Counted from the whole stretch's first letter, positions 36,545-50,449 are shown. The stretch is DNA of 63,512 nt, filler included, from Octopus bimaculoides (GCF_001194135.2; 5 parts of 5 records of this genome joined end to end with filler, not necessarily neighbours in it); one strand, 5' to 3'. Made by a program: numbers and translations. Notes: generated by a model not told the origin, from the letters alone.

Positions 36545-37105
36545 TAGGCTTCGAATTTGGACACAGAGCCAGCAACTTCGTCGGAGGGAGAAAATTGATT
36601 ACATTGACCTCAGTGGTACTTATTCTATCGATCCCGAGAGTGAAAGGCAAAGTCGACCTCGGCGGAACTTGAACTTCAAAGAGTTCAAAGTGTTGTTGGT
36701 ACCATCATTATTATTTTTAAGGTCGCGAGCCAGCGACCACGTCGCATGAAATGCTTAACAGCATTTCGTCTGTCTTAACTTTCAGAGTTCAAATGCGACG
36801 GAGGTCGATTTTGCCTTTCATCCTTTCGGGGTTGATAAAATAAATGCTACTTCAGCGCCGGGGTCGATGAAATCGACATACCCCTTCCTTCAAAATAGCT
36901 AGCTTTGTGCCTTAGGAGGCCGGGCAAAATATTTAGCGCCATTTCGTCGTTTTTTACATTCAGTGACCAAATATTGCCGGGCTGATATTTCATTTCATCC
37001 TTTTGGGGTCGATAAGATATTTACTAGTTCAACACTCGGTTCGATAAATTCGAATTACTCCCTCCCTAAAACTGCTGACCTTGTGCTAAAATTTGATACC
37101 GATTT
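36545..37105. mobile_element. Cluster of three family A SINEs (one -, two +)
   Basis: Minus copy 36545-36675; + copies about 36718-36915 and 36915-37105, the last with an (ATT)n tail at 37114-37154. Confidence 0.85.
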
Positions 37106-37113
37106 TATCATCC

Positions 37114-37154
<41 letters not shown>

Positions 37155-37660
37155 GAGGGAGAGAGCAGGGCATGCCACCAAAGTGAAACTGGGGTAAAAC
37201 ATACGAATCCCAGTATACCCATCATGACTACCTGTCTGATGAGGGTACACCAGGCACATGCATCACAACCATATGTGCGCAACATAGTGGTCTCATATGA
37301 AGATAAACAGCGCATGACCTTGCAGGTGGGGCCCAGTTAGAATTTTCTTCATGTCGAGTAGCCCAACCTGCTCAAAAGGTCCTTGAATAAAGGTTGTTTG
37401 AGGATGTCGAACGAAATACCCATGTTTCCAAAGGTGAATTGTTCAAACTCCAAAGAATTCCTCTCAACACATGACTATGATGTTCCCCCACTACTTCTGC
37501 TCGTGATCAGAGATGCACATATTGTCAGCCACTAAGGGACACGCTCAACTGGTTAAGGTGAAACAACTGACAAGCAAATCTGTGGTATTGAGCAGAATAT
37601 TTGCTGTAGCCCATCTTTTATACCAAAACAGAACGATGTACATGATAACACTTCCAATCA
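37155..37660. mobile_element. 506-bp non-coding insert flanked on both sides by (ATT)n, likely a retroposed repeat
   Basis: GC-richer block with sharp borders between (TTA)n 37114-37154 and (ATT)n 37661-37710; no TIR and no ORF. Confidence 0.5.
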
Positions 37661-37714
<54 letters not shown>

Positions 37715-37972
37715 CAATTTGAAGTGTCATATTCTAAAAACAACTCCATTTATACTAGTTTGATAATTATTCTTTCACCGATTTTCACTTTCAGATCAAA
37801 CTCTTGCTTTATTTCTATTGCATTTGTGAAGTTGTATAACTTACTGATTAAGGAATGTTGCTCTTCACCATAATGTTGTGGGTTGAACTCCTTGATAAGC
37901 AATCGCCTTGAGCAAAATATTTCATTTCACGTTGATCCAGTCGACTGAGTTCTAACCAGCAGTAGTCTTCGG

Positions 37973-38023
37973 ATGCTAGCGCTGCCCTTGGTTCTTCTGG
38001 TTGTCGCATCTACTTGGTCAAAC
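37973..38023 (+). CDS. Candidate signal-peptide exon MLALPLVLLVVASTWSN
   Basis: Acceptor TTTCATTTCACGTTGATCCAG (exon start 37941), ATG at 37973, hydrophobic core, donor AAC|GTGAGA; downstream exons not established. Confidence 0.25.
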
Positions 38024-41000
38024 GTGAGAGACATAAGATTATGTCTATATCTACTTGCGACTAAATAAGCATATAAAAACTTAGCGAATGCATATTACAT
38101 GTTAACAAGCCATACTCACCCTACTTGCTCTACTCTCATTGCATTTCCGTGCGCTGTAAATCAAACATAAATTATAATAAATTATATTTATATTTACATG
38201 CTCGAATAATGATATGAGTTAACATTAAATCTCACAAAACAGTTTCCAGCTTTCTTTGTTCAAATAAATCAATACTAAAATTTTTCATTTCGAAAAGCAC
38301 ATTTTTGTTTTGATATTGTATATGATTTTTCTATCAACATTTCAACAACCACATTTTCCATCCCCTTCCAAGGACACTTCGATATTATTAAGCTTTTTAT
38401 ATTTCGAACCAGCTGTATATCCTATTTGCTTTAAACAGCTACTCCAGTTTGATATCTCTACTGAACACTATTACTGATTTTGCGTATGCAAAACTTTTAA
38501 TGAATCACTAGCAATATGATTTAGTCTTACGCACCATCGCTTTTTCTAAATCATTACAATATCCTGATATACCTGATAGTGTGGTTATAGAGTATTATAG
38601 GTTAAAGGACGTTGGAGACGACGTATAAGAAATTTGGAAATAAATGAAGGGTTTGGTCGTATGTCAGCTCAATTTCACCCCTAAATAAACTTTGAATAGC
38701 AAATCTAACATGCGAAAATTGTTGTACATAACTACGCACAGTTCAGAGCGATGCTATATGCAATTCTAATGGATATATGTATGTCTGTGCTTGAGCACGT
38801 TTGTGAATTTGTGTATGAGTATAAGTATGTGTGTATGCACACACAAATATACATGCATATGTGTATGTATGTATATATATATATATATATATATATCCGT
38901 ACTCATTTCTGTACATGGATATGTATATGTATGCGAGCGTGTGTGTATGTGATTGTGTGTGTGTGTGAGTGTATGTGCGCGCGTGCGAGGTTGTGTTTAT
39001 GTATATGATTATATCATTGAATTGATATCGGTCAGATATAATACACAATATATTTATCTTAACTTGAACGACATTCCGTATCATATAATGTTAGATACGA
39101 TTGCAGAAATGACAAAGCGGATGAACAATACACAAATACAAATATTACCTTCCCAAAAATTCTTTTGTCGAAAAACATCCTCAGGATGTTAAAATATATT
39201 ACTTTCCGAGTAAAATATTATAGTGATTTAAATTGGATTTTCTGTGATCTGACAGATAAATTATTGTTTAACTTACAAATATGCACAAAATCAGATTAAG
39301 TTATCTTACCTCGAAAAAACAATTTATCTTCGATCATTCTTCCCACAATTAAGTCGATGTTTACATTCCACCATACTTCTTAGTTTCTTGTTTTTATCTT
39401 CCACCTCTAATCGTACAAACATATTGCTTGCCTTCTAGTATACTTCCCACAAATACATTATTGTTTACATTTCTCCATACTTCCCATTAAGCAATACCAT
39501 AATTCCAAATTTTTGATTGTTGCTGATGTCCTAGCATTTAATCAACGAAGAAAGTCAACAACTAAGGCCGTTTTCCAGGTAGGTGTAGATCGCACCGAAC
39601 CCTAGAAGTTATTCAGATGACCAGAACACTGTATATGACGCTTACACCGCTAGAATACCGGACATCCAGGTGCAGTTTTTAAATCATGTGATACCATCAA
39701 AAATCAGGAGTTAACATGCGTAGAACTTCGGCCGTTTTGTATTGAAATTTCATTTACAAAACTTTTGTAGACCCATTAATAAAATATAATTTTCTCAAAA
39801 TAGCCTGCTAGGTAACTGAACGTGAAGCTGTGCAATTGCTTCGGGAATACAGTTTGGTGTCTAATTTTTGTGTTTAATTTGTTGAAACAGATGATTGATA
39901 TAAAATCCTCATTTGTGTTTCAAATTTTTGTAACAATTTTTTTTTTGTGAAACAACATATCGAATATTATCTGGTGCTTGATGTTTAAGAGAATTTATAA
40001 TCATTATTTCTATCATAATGAAAAATGCATCATGACTTCAGCCTTTGATTTCAGAATAATTTGTTAGATATTCTCTCTACACCTGTGCTAACTTGAGGCT
40101 TCAATATTTATTCAAAAGGCACAACGTTAATTTAAGATTTTCCTTCGTCTTTTATATACAAAATATTTTTTTATTGAGAGAAAACGTTCATCTAATACAC
40201 ATTTAAATTTCCTAACTTTATTTGAATCCATGGAATTGCATCAAGTATTCTCTGATATGCTTTGTACAAATTCATCCACAGTTTAATTAGGTAATATTTT
40301 TTGCTAAAAAATATCCTTCAAAATATCTTCAAATATTTCTGATTTGCACACGATTGTTAATTTCATTTCCAATTACTGTAACGAGACAAAGGCATCATCG
40401 TTATAGAGTCACATATATTTCTATAGCACACACTTACACACACCCACACGCACGCACACGCGCGCACACACTCACACACGCATACACAAAGAGTTTAGGA
40501 TTTGTTTCATTAATATCTTATGACACCAGAATATGCAATAAGGAAGAAACTTGTCAAAGACTGAAGAAAAGTTAAGAATCGCTTACACTACACTGCTTTG
40601 CGGTAACTGCTCCAGCTGGCTGGGCTGTGAGTGTACAGCTCACCGATGTCCACTCTGCTTTTTAGCGTTGTATTGAATTAGTGTTTTTGTTATAGCTTTA
40701 CTCAGGAAGTTCTTTGTTCACATAAGTGAGAAAGTATGGAAGGTATCTTTAAACCAGAAACTTTGGCTAACTGGATGCAATAGTTGAATATAATTTGTCA
40801 TAAATTCATTAGGTAAATGTACATGTGAGATTAATCTTGATTAACTGTTTCCACTCATTACTAGGTAGATGGGTGTCATATATATTGCTTTGTCCTTTAG
40901 ATTTTTAATATATATAAAGATATAGTTTTAAAGATGTATTTCCCTATTACAGGGAGATGTATTCCCCACTAAAAAATAACATGCATTGCACTTTGAAATA

Positions 41001-41424
41001 TGCTCTTCACTACCTTGTCAATTATAATACACAATATTTAGCCAATGGTTAAGGTGTTAGTCTCACCATCTTTAGGTCATGCGTCCGACTTTATGACCGA
41101 ATGGTGTCTGCGACATTGAGCAACATGTCTCCGTTCGCGTTGCTCTTCTGCGCTCAGCTGAATTGAAATCTAATTGCACCTTGGTGTTAACCAGCCGCAA
41201 CATGACTTTCGTTTAAAGGAAAGTCCACTTAAACACACAGAATTGGATAATCTCCGTTATCACGAACCACTTGGAGCGAAGCACATATTTATAAAATATC
41301 GTGTCTTGTATCAGGTAAAAAATATTTGCCAGAACATTATACAATATATATTTCACTAAGTTATATATTTCTTTTACAAATAAAATGCATCCCCAAGTAC
41401 GATTTTCACATTACTTTATAAAAT

Positions 41425-42340
41425 ATACGAAAGGGTGCCCCAGAAAAACCGGAATTTTGCAATATTTTGTTATTGAGTTTGTTTTACATGTTTACAGTTT
41501 TATCGCCTCAAATATACTCGATTTTAAGCAATACTTTTGTCCAGGCGCGTTTGCCACTATTAGAAACTGTGCTAGAAGTCTAGCGAAGTTTTGCCTTTTA
41601 AGGCTTTTGTAATTTTTTTCTTCATCACTTCTACATCTGATAATTCCGTTGCACCAGCTTTCGTCTCTAGTGATGACTTTCAAAAAAAGGTGCGAATCAA
41701 CTTCCAACTGACCATTCAGTTCTCGACACGCATTCAGTCGTGACTACTTTTGATTTTCGCGAGCAAGTGAGGCACGAATTTTGCTGTAACACATTTCATT
41801 CGCAATTCCTCGCTCAAAGTTCATTGGTAGAAGGTCGAGGACACATACGTTATCTCAGTAATTTGATGAGGGTTCTCTGAGATCAATTCATGGATTTCTA
41901 TGATGTTTTCCTTCGTTTCGGAGGTCGACGGTCGTCGTGAACTACGTTGAATTTCAAGCGACAAGTGACCATTATCAAAGCGTGGAAACCACTCGTAAAC
42001 ATGTGTTTTGCTCATAGTAGTGTNNNNNNNNNNNNNNNNNNNNNNNNNNNNNNNNNNNNNNNNNNNNNNNNNNTCTGTAAATTATTTGAATCATGACAAC
42101 TGTTTCGGCCGCCGTTTTCTCCAGCAGCAAACAGAATTTCACGGAAGTACGCGGTTCCTTAGTTTCAACTATCACAAATATCGACGTACAGAGGTGAAAC
42201 ACTGCAAAAAAAAAAAAAAAAAAAGACGCATGAAGTGGAAGAATGACTCCACCCTACGAAGCCAGTCGACACACTGATACCTGTAGGTTGCATCAAGTGG
42301 CTTCTTGAAACTGTTTCCGGTTACTTTTAGGTATTCCCTA
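41425..42340 (-). mobile_element. Internally deleted mariner remnant
   Basis: EPRTSVKFCLLLEKTAAETV, MSKTHVYEWF.RF..G..RRPSTS, FLKVITRDESW and a C-terminal remnant; degenerate TIR-like ends (TACGAAAGGGTGCCCCAGAAAAACCGGAA). Confidence 0.8.
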
Positions 42341-43875
42341 ATATTTAAAGCTATATTATAAGTTGGGTTTACTTACAGGTTAGATTTTCATAAATTCATG
42401 ATACGTTACACACTATTTTGTTAAGATATATTATCTACCACCGTATGAAACATAGTTACCAGTACCTAAAGTATATTTCCGCTACAGTATGAAATGTGTT
42501 TTCCCATGGCCTTAAAAATGTATTTATGCACTAACTTATAAATCATATCCTTACAACATCTTTCTTGTACCTCATGAAATATATTCTCCATCTTATACAA
42601 TGGAGAATAATTTATTTTATAAGGTATGAGAAACGATAAAATATAATTTCCTTTACCTTACTGAAATATATTTTTTATAAGATTATTCAATACGTGTTAT
42701 AATAACATTAAATATTTGCTTGTATTTTTTCTAACTTATTAAATAAACTTTGATAATTATTTCATATATAACGTCATTTAGGAAGCAACATATTATCAGA
42801 AACGCTAGAATGTCGAAGGGAATACGCTACACTATTTGATTTATTCCCATTAAGTCTTCAGTTCAAAACCAATTGGTTTTATTTCACATTTACTCATTTT
42901 CCAGCTCGATGAAATACGATCTTATAATATATTATGGTTTATTCATTCGAGAATAAGCTTCCATTAGAAAATATTAAACCTTGTTCCCTGTCAAACGGAA
43001 CCACTATTTATGTAAGCTTACTGCATGATGCTAATTTCTACATTAGCTTTAATTTCCCATTACAATACATGTTACGTAAGCATACACAATTGTGCCACAT
43101 CAAATAAAAGCATATGTGTGTGTGTCTGTGTGTATGTGTATGTATGAATGAATCTNNNNNNNNNNATATATATATATATATATAGATAGAGAGAGAGAGA
43201 GAGAGAGAGAGTGAGAGGGAAATAGAGAAAGAGAGAGAAAGAGAGAGAGATGTGTATGTATGTACGTATATATATAAACATACTCTCTTGTATATATCCG
43301 TATGTATATATATTTTTGTATATACTTAATTTTCATGATTCAAAGATTTTAAATAGTTCTAACTATGCTTTACGTTTTATCTTTACATTGCTTAACATTT
43401 TACAAAATAGCATGCAAACGTATATTTGTTTCTGCAGAAGGAATATTATCACATTCATATCTAATACCTCATTAACATCTACAATCACGTGACATTGCCT
43501 CGCATTAGAAATTATCTCTGTCTAAGCAAAATATCAACTACTTTTAGTTTCCCTTCTTAGTAGCAATTGGAAACTTTGCACTTAGTTTGCTTATTACTGG
43601 ATTTCGTAGTTCTTTTAATGGGAAATGTCAGCAAATTACAGCCAAGTTCACAGTAGTAAGATGCTTCATATCCAATACATCAAGTTGTAAGAGTGTCAAT
43701 ATAGTCAGGACAAAGTTCACTAGCTAAATATTGATCAGAGAATAACATTGGTGATATTATTTAACATTTATAAATGCTTTTGCAGCATAACTCTAAATGC
43801 TATTCGAACAAACTTCATTTCCAAGATTCTTCCAATCTAACACTTGACCTATTATCATCCTCCGCAATATGTTAT

Positions 43876-43907
<32 letters not shown>

Positions 43908-43961
43908 ACCTGTGTGTGTGTGTGTGTATGTGTTTCTGTGTGTCTGTGCAAGAGTGAGTAA

Positions 43962-44023
<62 letters not shown>

Positions 44024-44092
44024 GCACAAATTTATATACGTATATATATATATATATAAATATATATATAATATACGTATATTTGTATGTAT

Positions 44093-44133
<41 letters not shown>

Positions 44134-46138
44134 AATACAAGTGTGTTTATATGTGTATGGACGTATATCTATCTATCTATCTTATATATAAATGTACGTA
44201 GTATGTGTATATATGCTTACGTGCGAACACAAAAGTACAATATGAATGATAATATAACTGGTATAAAGTCACTTAGAATGTCTTATAGTAGTTGTTCGAG
44301 ATTTCCAACCTTTCAATAAAGCCCTGCCTTGTATGAATACGACTTTCATTCTTTTAGAGTGATCAACTGACGAACCAACAAACGGGATGACGCTTCTGTT
44401 ATTTACATAGGGCAAAATAAAAGAGAAAATCGGTTAAATCTAGAAAAGGATGAACTTTAATAGGCTTAACCGCAAAACTACCCGTAGATGTCCTACGACA
44501 AGATGGTACGCAATCGACGCATTCAAAACGTAGAGGAACATATCTGTAAGTATATGTATGTATATGTGTATGTATGTGTTTATATATGAATGAATGTATT
44601 AATGTATACCATTGAATAAACAAGCGAAAGTAGCGCTGTACACATTCAGAGTTAATGTAGTCCATAAAACATTAGCTCATGTTCACATTAAATCAACCAG
44701 CTATAGTATAAAATATTCACGGAAGTACATACGCTAGCTATCCTTCAGTAGACACAAGATCGTATGAACCCCTTTTGCACGACCAGAAACATGTTGTGCA
44801 CTTAAGGGCCGGTGACCTATTTCCTGTTCTAATCTTAAATATATGCTAATCATTTTGTCTGAGGGTGCGATAGGCCTAGTAAATAAATTTCTTTTATATG
44901 ATGTCAGCTTCAGTATCTTTCGAGCTACAATGCCCTAACAATCGGTTGAAAATTAACTCGTACACGCCATTGAGAATAAAACAGTGTACATGACATCCAC
45001 TTCGGTACTGTGTATAGCTACCCTATAGTAGTGAAATCTAAATGTTTTAGATAATGGTTGACAATACACCAGAATTTCCCCCTCGATAGCAGAATAATTA
45101 CGAACTGTAGTATGCCATTATTGTTTCATGATAATTGCTACTGGTTTAAAAAGGTGACCCATTTTTCATATATTCACTTTGAGCGAGAACGGGATTTAGG
45201 CAATTCCTCACAAAACCTCTTTATCTCCCTAAAGATCATCTAATTCTCTCTACCTTGATCCTATAAAAGGACGATGATCTGGCAATTTTATAGCTGATGA
45301 ATGATAATATCAGAGATGTTTTCAAAATAAATGTTATAAAGATCTTCGATTAAGTTGGCCTGTCAATAACCGTTTGCAACTTCACAAAGGCCACCGTCCT
45401 TGATATATAACACTAGAATTAGACCAGAGAAAAGTTACCCTTAGAGAAAGTCCAACTAGGAAACAGATTATATCAATAGACATTCCAACATGCCTTTTGT
45501 TATAATTATACAGCGAATCAAATAATCAGAGGTAGAATGACCAATTTATTGTCAGGCAGAGTAATCTTCTGGCGGGGTGGTTGGCTGTACTATAACAAGG
45601 AGCGTTTAATCGGAAGGTTAATGTATGTGAAGAAGACCCTATCCACCCCCAAACACTAAGTAAGTCAGAAACAGGGAGGACATCTTGTTGAAACATCTAC
45701 TTAATATATATACTTCCAGCAGTATAGCTAGAAGATTCATGTTTCCAATCAGATAAGCATTTTCTAAGAATCTGTAAACAGATTCTTACGATATAAATAT
45801 CGTAAACACTTCAATTTTCATAACAGTAACGATAGATATTCTTGCTTAAATATTATTGCTTCCAACAGATGCAAATACGCGCGTGACCCCCCCCCCACAC
45901 CACAGAACTTGCCCATCAATTCCAGCCTTTTACTAAAAACACATTATCAACTACCCTTTTGTAGGTGTCTAATCTTGAAAGTTTGTGATTTTCTGGTCCA
46001 TTTTATACCCTGGGATGGAATGACGAAACACAATGCAGACATCATAGGCAATAGATTTCAGGGAAGAAAATCTTAATTCACGTAGTCTTTCAGATGTAGG
46101 AAGTGGAAAACTTTATGTACCATCTGGTAGCTCTATGA

Positions 46139-49100
46139 CAGAGGTGTCAAACTCAATCGCACAGGGGGGCAACACTCAAACNNNNNNNNNNNNNNNNNNN
46201 NNNNNNNNNNNNNNNNNNNNNNNNNNNNNNNNNNNNNNNNNNNNNNNNNNNNNNNNNNNNNNNNNNNNNNNNNNNNNNNNNNNNNNNNNNNNNNNNNNNN
46301 NNNNNNNNNNNNNNNNNNNNNNNNNNNNNNNNNNNNNNNNNNNNNNNNNNNNNNNNNNNNNNNNNNNNNNNNNNNNNNNNNNNNNNNNNNNNNNNNNNNN
46401 NNNNNNNNNNNNNNNNNNNNNNNNNNNNNNNNNNNNNNNNNNNNNNNNNNNNNNNNNNNNNNNNNNNNNNNNNNNNNNNNNNNNNNNNNNNNNNNNNNNN
46501 NNNNNNNNNNNNNNNNNNNNNNNNNNNNNNNNNNNNNNNNNNNNNNNNNNNNNNNNNNNNNNNNNNNNNNNNNNNNNNNNNNNNNNNNNNNNNNNNNNNN
46601 NNNNNNNNNNNNNNNNNNNNNNNNNNNNNNNNNNNNNNNNNNNNNNNNNNNNNNNNNNNNNNNNNNNNNNNNNNNNNNNNNNNNNNNNNNNNNNNNNNNN
46701 NNNNNNNNNNNNNNNNNNNNNNNNNNNNNNNNNNNNNNNNNNNNNNNNNNNNNNNNNNNNNNNNNNNNNNNATATATATATATATATAACAAATGTGCTT
46801 GTTAGTGAAAGTTAAAATAATAAATCAAAACTTTCAGTTTTCTTTATGCAATTTTACCCGAGTTATGTACTCGGCATCTTTTCTTTACAACGAGTTCATT
46901 GATGTTTCGGGCAAGATTCGGTGGTGTTGAAACTCTCACGATGAATTACACGTATTCGTCTGTGAGACGACTCCTATGTGACGTTTTATTCATCTTCATC
47001 ACAGAGAAAAGCTTCTCACACATATATGGGCATCCAAACAAAGACAGGTTTCGAGCTGCAGGTGAACGGAGCAGGAGCATTGTTTTAGATATGAAGCGAT
47101 TGAACTGTGCAGACAACACAAGTTGTACTTTGTCTTTGATGTCATATTACACTGCAGTTTTATCAGCTCCATTTGAATCTGTATAGGTGCAGCTTCCACA
47201 TTGACGGCAGATGGGTTGCGAAGAGGTTTCACATTAGTTTTCTGTGCTGCAAATTTAGTGCGGAACGCACTCGATTTATCAGCAGAGTGTTGCTTTGAAA
47301 ACATTGTGGTGATGACTTGGCTCAAAATTACTTGGCAACAGGGAAAATGAAACAAGTTCAATTCGTGCATTTCTGTCTTCCATAAGCGCAGTTTTACTTG
47401 AGATACCTTCACTGCATCATACATATCACAGATCATGCGATCCCATTACTGGAGCTAGATGTTTAAAACATTGAAGTACGCAGTTAGGTCAACCAGAAAC
47501 ACCAACTCGCATTTCCACCTTTCGATTCGCAGAACTTTCGATTCTTTTCATTTTATGTCTATGAATTGATATATCTCGTGAATCAGCTTAAAATCTATAT
47601 TAAGGAACTGCGCCGACTGAGCCACTGCATCTCCGTATGATAAGACTGTCACCGAACTCGGGATGTATTACTCGCAAGAAAAACTCAAATTGGTGGTGAT
47701 TTAACTCTTTGGTTTACGGTTTACGTTACAGTGCTCATTATATGTTCCAGTTTATAGGGCTTTTCCCACAGCGTTTCCTGGTGTATGATGCAGTGATATG
47801 TTGTCAGCTCACCAGCATAGTTCTCTTCTTGCACCTTTAAACGTATCTTACCAAGTAGTCCACTTTATCACCACATATCGCCGGTGATCCACCTGTTATA
47901 CATCCAATAAGTTTGTCCAAATGTACTTTCATGTCGGTTACAACGACATATATTTTTAAAAAAGGTTGTTTTCTGTTGTACTGTGCATCGATTTAATATC
48001 CAAAATTTCTTCCATGGTGAATATATTGGATGCCACTCCACACATGAATACAGCGAGCTATGGCGTATCAGTCGTGTCAGTAGTCTCATCCACAGCAAGA
48101 GAATATGCAACAGAATATTTTCTTTTTTCAATCAACTGTGTTTTCAACTCCGTGGCTGTCTCACACACCCGATTAGCAACAATATTTTGGCTAATACTCA
48201 CATTGGCAAACATCTGGTTTTAGTCCGGACACAAAACGTCACACATTTTAATCTCGCAGCTCTTCACAAACTCTCCTTCGGTAAATGGCCGGGCTGATGT
48301 TGTGATCTCCTCTAAACACAATAAAACTTGGTTTAACAGCAGCTTCACTTTGTGATTTTGCTTTGGATTAAAAAGACTGTTGTAACGTGATATTCCTCTT
48401 CGACTTGTCTACCTTTCATTACTTCTGCTCAGCAGTGAGGTTTTCATGTTTGTCCTGAAATTTCGCCTCGTAGTGGCATATGAGATTATACTCTTTAAGT
48501 ACAGCAACATTAGCACCACAATTAAGAAACATGGGTTTGCCATTAATGTCAGTAAACATATACTTGGTTTCCCACCGGATTTGATAGGCCCTGTTTTCAG
48601 AATCGGACTTTCTGTTGGCCATTGATATAGTTAGCTACAACTATTGTATGACGCCACGTGAAAATGACCATCAGAAAGAGGGGTAAGGTGGCTGTTGCGG
48701 TGCATTATGGGATTAGTAGATTCTGCTCTCATCAGCGTTTCACAACACGCGATTAGAAAATCGAAAGAGGCGTATCCCAGGATACATTGCTGCAGTTAGA
48801 ATTAAGAGGTGTGACTGTGTTATCATGCCTCTTTAATGTGTTTCTCTGTACAACAGTGATTAATAAGATGGAGTGATGTCATTTCTTTCGAGTATTGAAT
48901 TATTTGGTGACACCCTTAGTAAAAAAGGTAGTGCAGTCAGTGCTATATATAATGTAATAGTCTGCTTTAGCCACACACTATGTATGTGTTGTTGTAACAA
49001 GGAGGCATGGGTGTTGCTGAGGACGGCAATGCACACTATTTGCTGATGCTGCCATTTGGGCAAATTTTATGCTGATATCAAAATGGTCCCACGGGCTGGA

Positions 49101-49155
49101 TGAAGTTGCTGCATGGGCCAGGTGAGACCCGCGTGCCAGGAGTTGGACATGTCTG
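46139..49155 (-). mobile_element. Near full-length hAT-Charlie/SPIN-like DNA transposon (GTF2IRD2-type transposase, pseudogenised)
   Basis: TIRs CAGAGGTGTCAAACTC and (reverse complement) CAGACATGTCCAACTC; 8-bp TSD CTCTATGA/CTCTACGA; ATG at 48622: MANRKSDSENRAYQIRWE..KEYNLICHYE, DETTDT, YHTEMQWLSR, LVFLVDLT, APIQIQMELIKLQC. Confidence 0.93.
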
Positions 49156-49237
49156 CTCTACGAAAATCGATTCGACTTCCTACTCTCATATTCAAGCTTC
49201 TTGACAATACCATTCGCACACCTGGAGCACGTCATGT

Positions 49238-49326
<89 letters not shown>

Positions 49327-49460
49327 CAAGCACACACACACACATGCAAGCACACACACACACGCGTATATATAGACAGAAGAATAGATAGATAGACCGA
49401 CAGAAGAGACAGACAGACAGAAGAGACAGACAAACAGGCAGACAAATATGTAAATAGACT

Positions 49461-49509
<49 letters not shown>

Positions 49510-50070
49510 ATAGATATGTTTCTTTATTAGCCACACAGGGCTCAACATAGAGGGGACAAAATACAAATGTATAGTTTTTCTTTTCGATGGGGACGAAAAT
49601 AAAGTTAAAAAATTAAAATGGGGATAAAGATGAAAAGGCATCGAGAAAACGTTTGNNNNNNNNNNNNNNNNNNNNNNNNNNNNNNNNNNNNNNNNNNNNT
49701 TAATTAATTAANNNNNNNNNNNNNNNNNNNNNNNNNNNNNNNNNNNNNNNNNNNNACATATATATATATATCTTTAGCTTCTTAGGCTTTGCTTCCTTAT
49801 CTGAATTAATTTCCGCTTGATCGTAATACACATTGGTATAAGTAAGTACATATAATACTTATCACAGTTGTTTTTAGCTGTTAGCTGCAACCATTAATCA
49901 AATGCAAATCAAATCAATTACTTTTCTGACAATCTTCCCCGTCACCAAACCTTTGAAATTTGTTAATTCACAAATTCTTGTAGTATTCGATGCAATTTTC
50001 TTGTGACGAATTCTTTTGTCACTGGGCATTTTGTAATGGTAAGACTTTGTATTCTATAAGGCTGAAATTT

Positions 50071-50449
50071 ACCTCCTAAAGAGGGGGGCGCCACGTCAAA
50101 ACGGTAGCGGAATAGGGTCCGAAACCGGACGTGGTTACTCCTGATGATGTCTTCAGCTAACTGGATCCTAATCCACCAAGGAAAGGTATGTCGGAAGAAA
50201 GTAATTCAACAACGCGGGTTGATGAATCGTAAGACGTGTGGCCAGAACCTCCTGGAAAATAACCATAGCGAGGGACATTCCACAGTTGAATTAGAACAGT
50301 CACAAACAGTGAAAGAAGACATGCACCCAACACCAGAGCTGAAGACACCTCCGAAAGGGGGTGGCCCCGCCACGTCAAAACGGTAGAGGAGTAGGGGCTG
50401 AAACCGGATGTGGTTCCTCCTGATAATGTCTTGAGCTAACTGGATCCTA
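50071..50449. repeat. Two ~100-bp diverged direct repeats (period about 279 bp)
   Basis: 50071-50170 versus 50347-50449 share CGCCACGTCAAAACGGTAG..GAAACCGGA.GTGGTT.CTCCTGAT.ATGTCTT.AGCTAACTGGATCCTA. Confidence 0.85.

Noticed and set aside
40593-40670. LLCGNC..RCPLC as the missing RING exon
   Set aside because: It lacks the His and earlier Cys ligands, already contains a CPxC that the TRIM exon supplies, and ends in a stop without splice sites.
50120-50160. GAAAC..CTGATGA as a type II hammerhead
   Set aside because: Only 4 nt are available for stem I and there is no stem II pairing.
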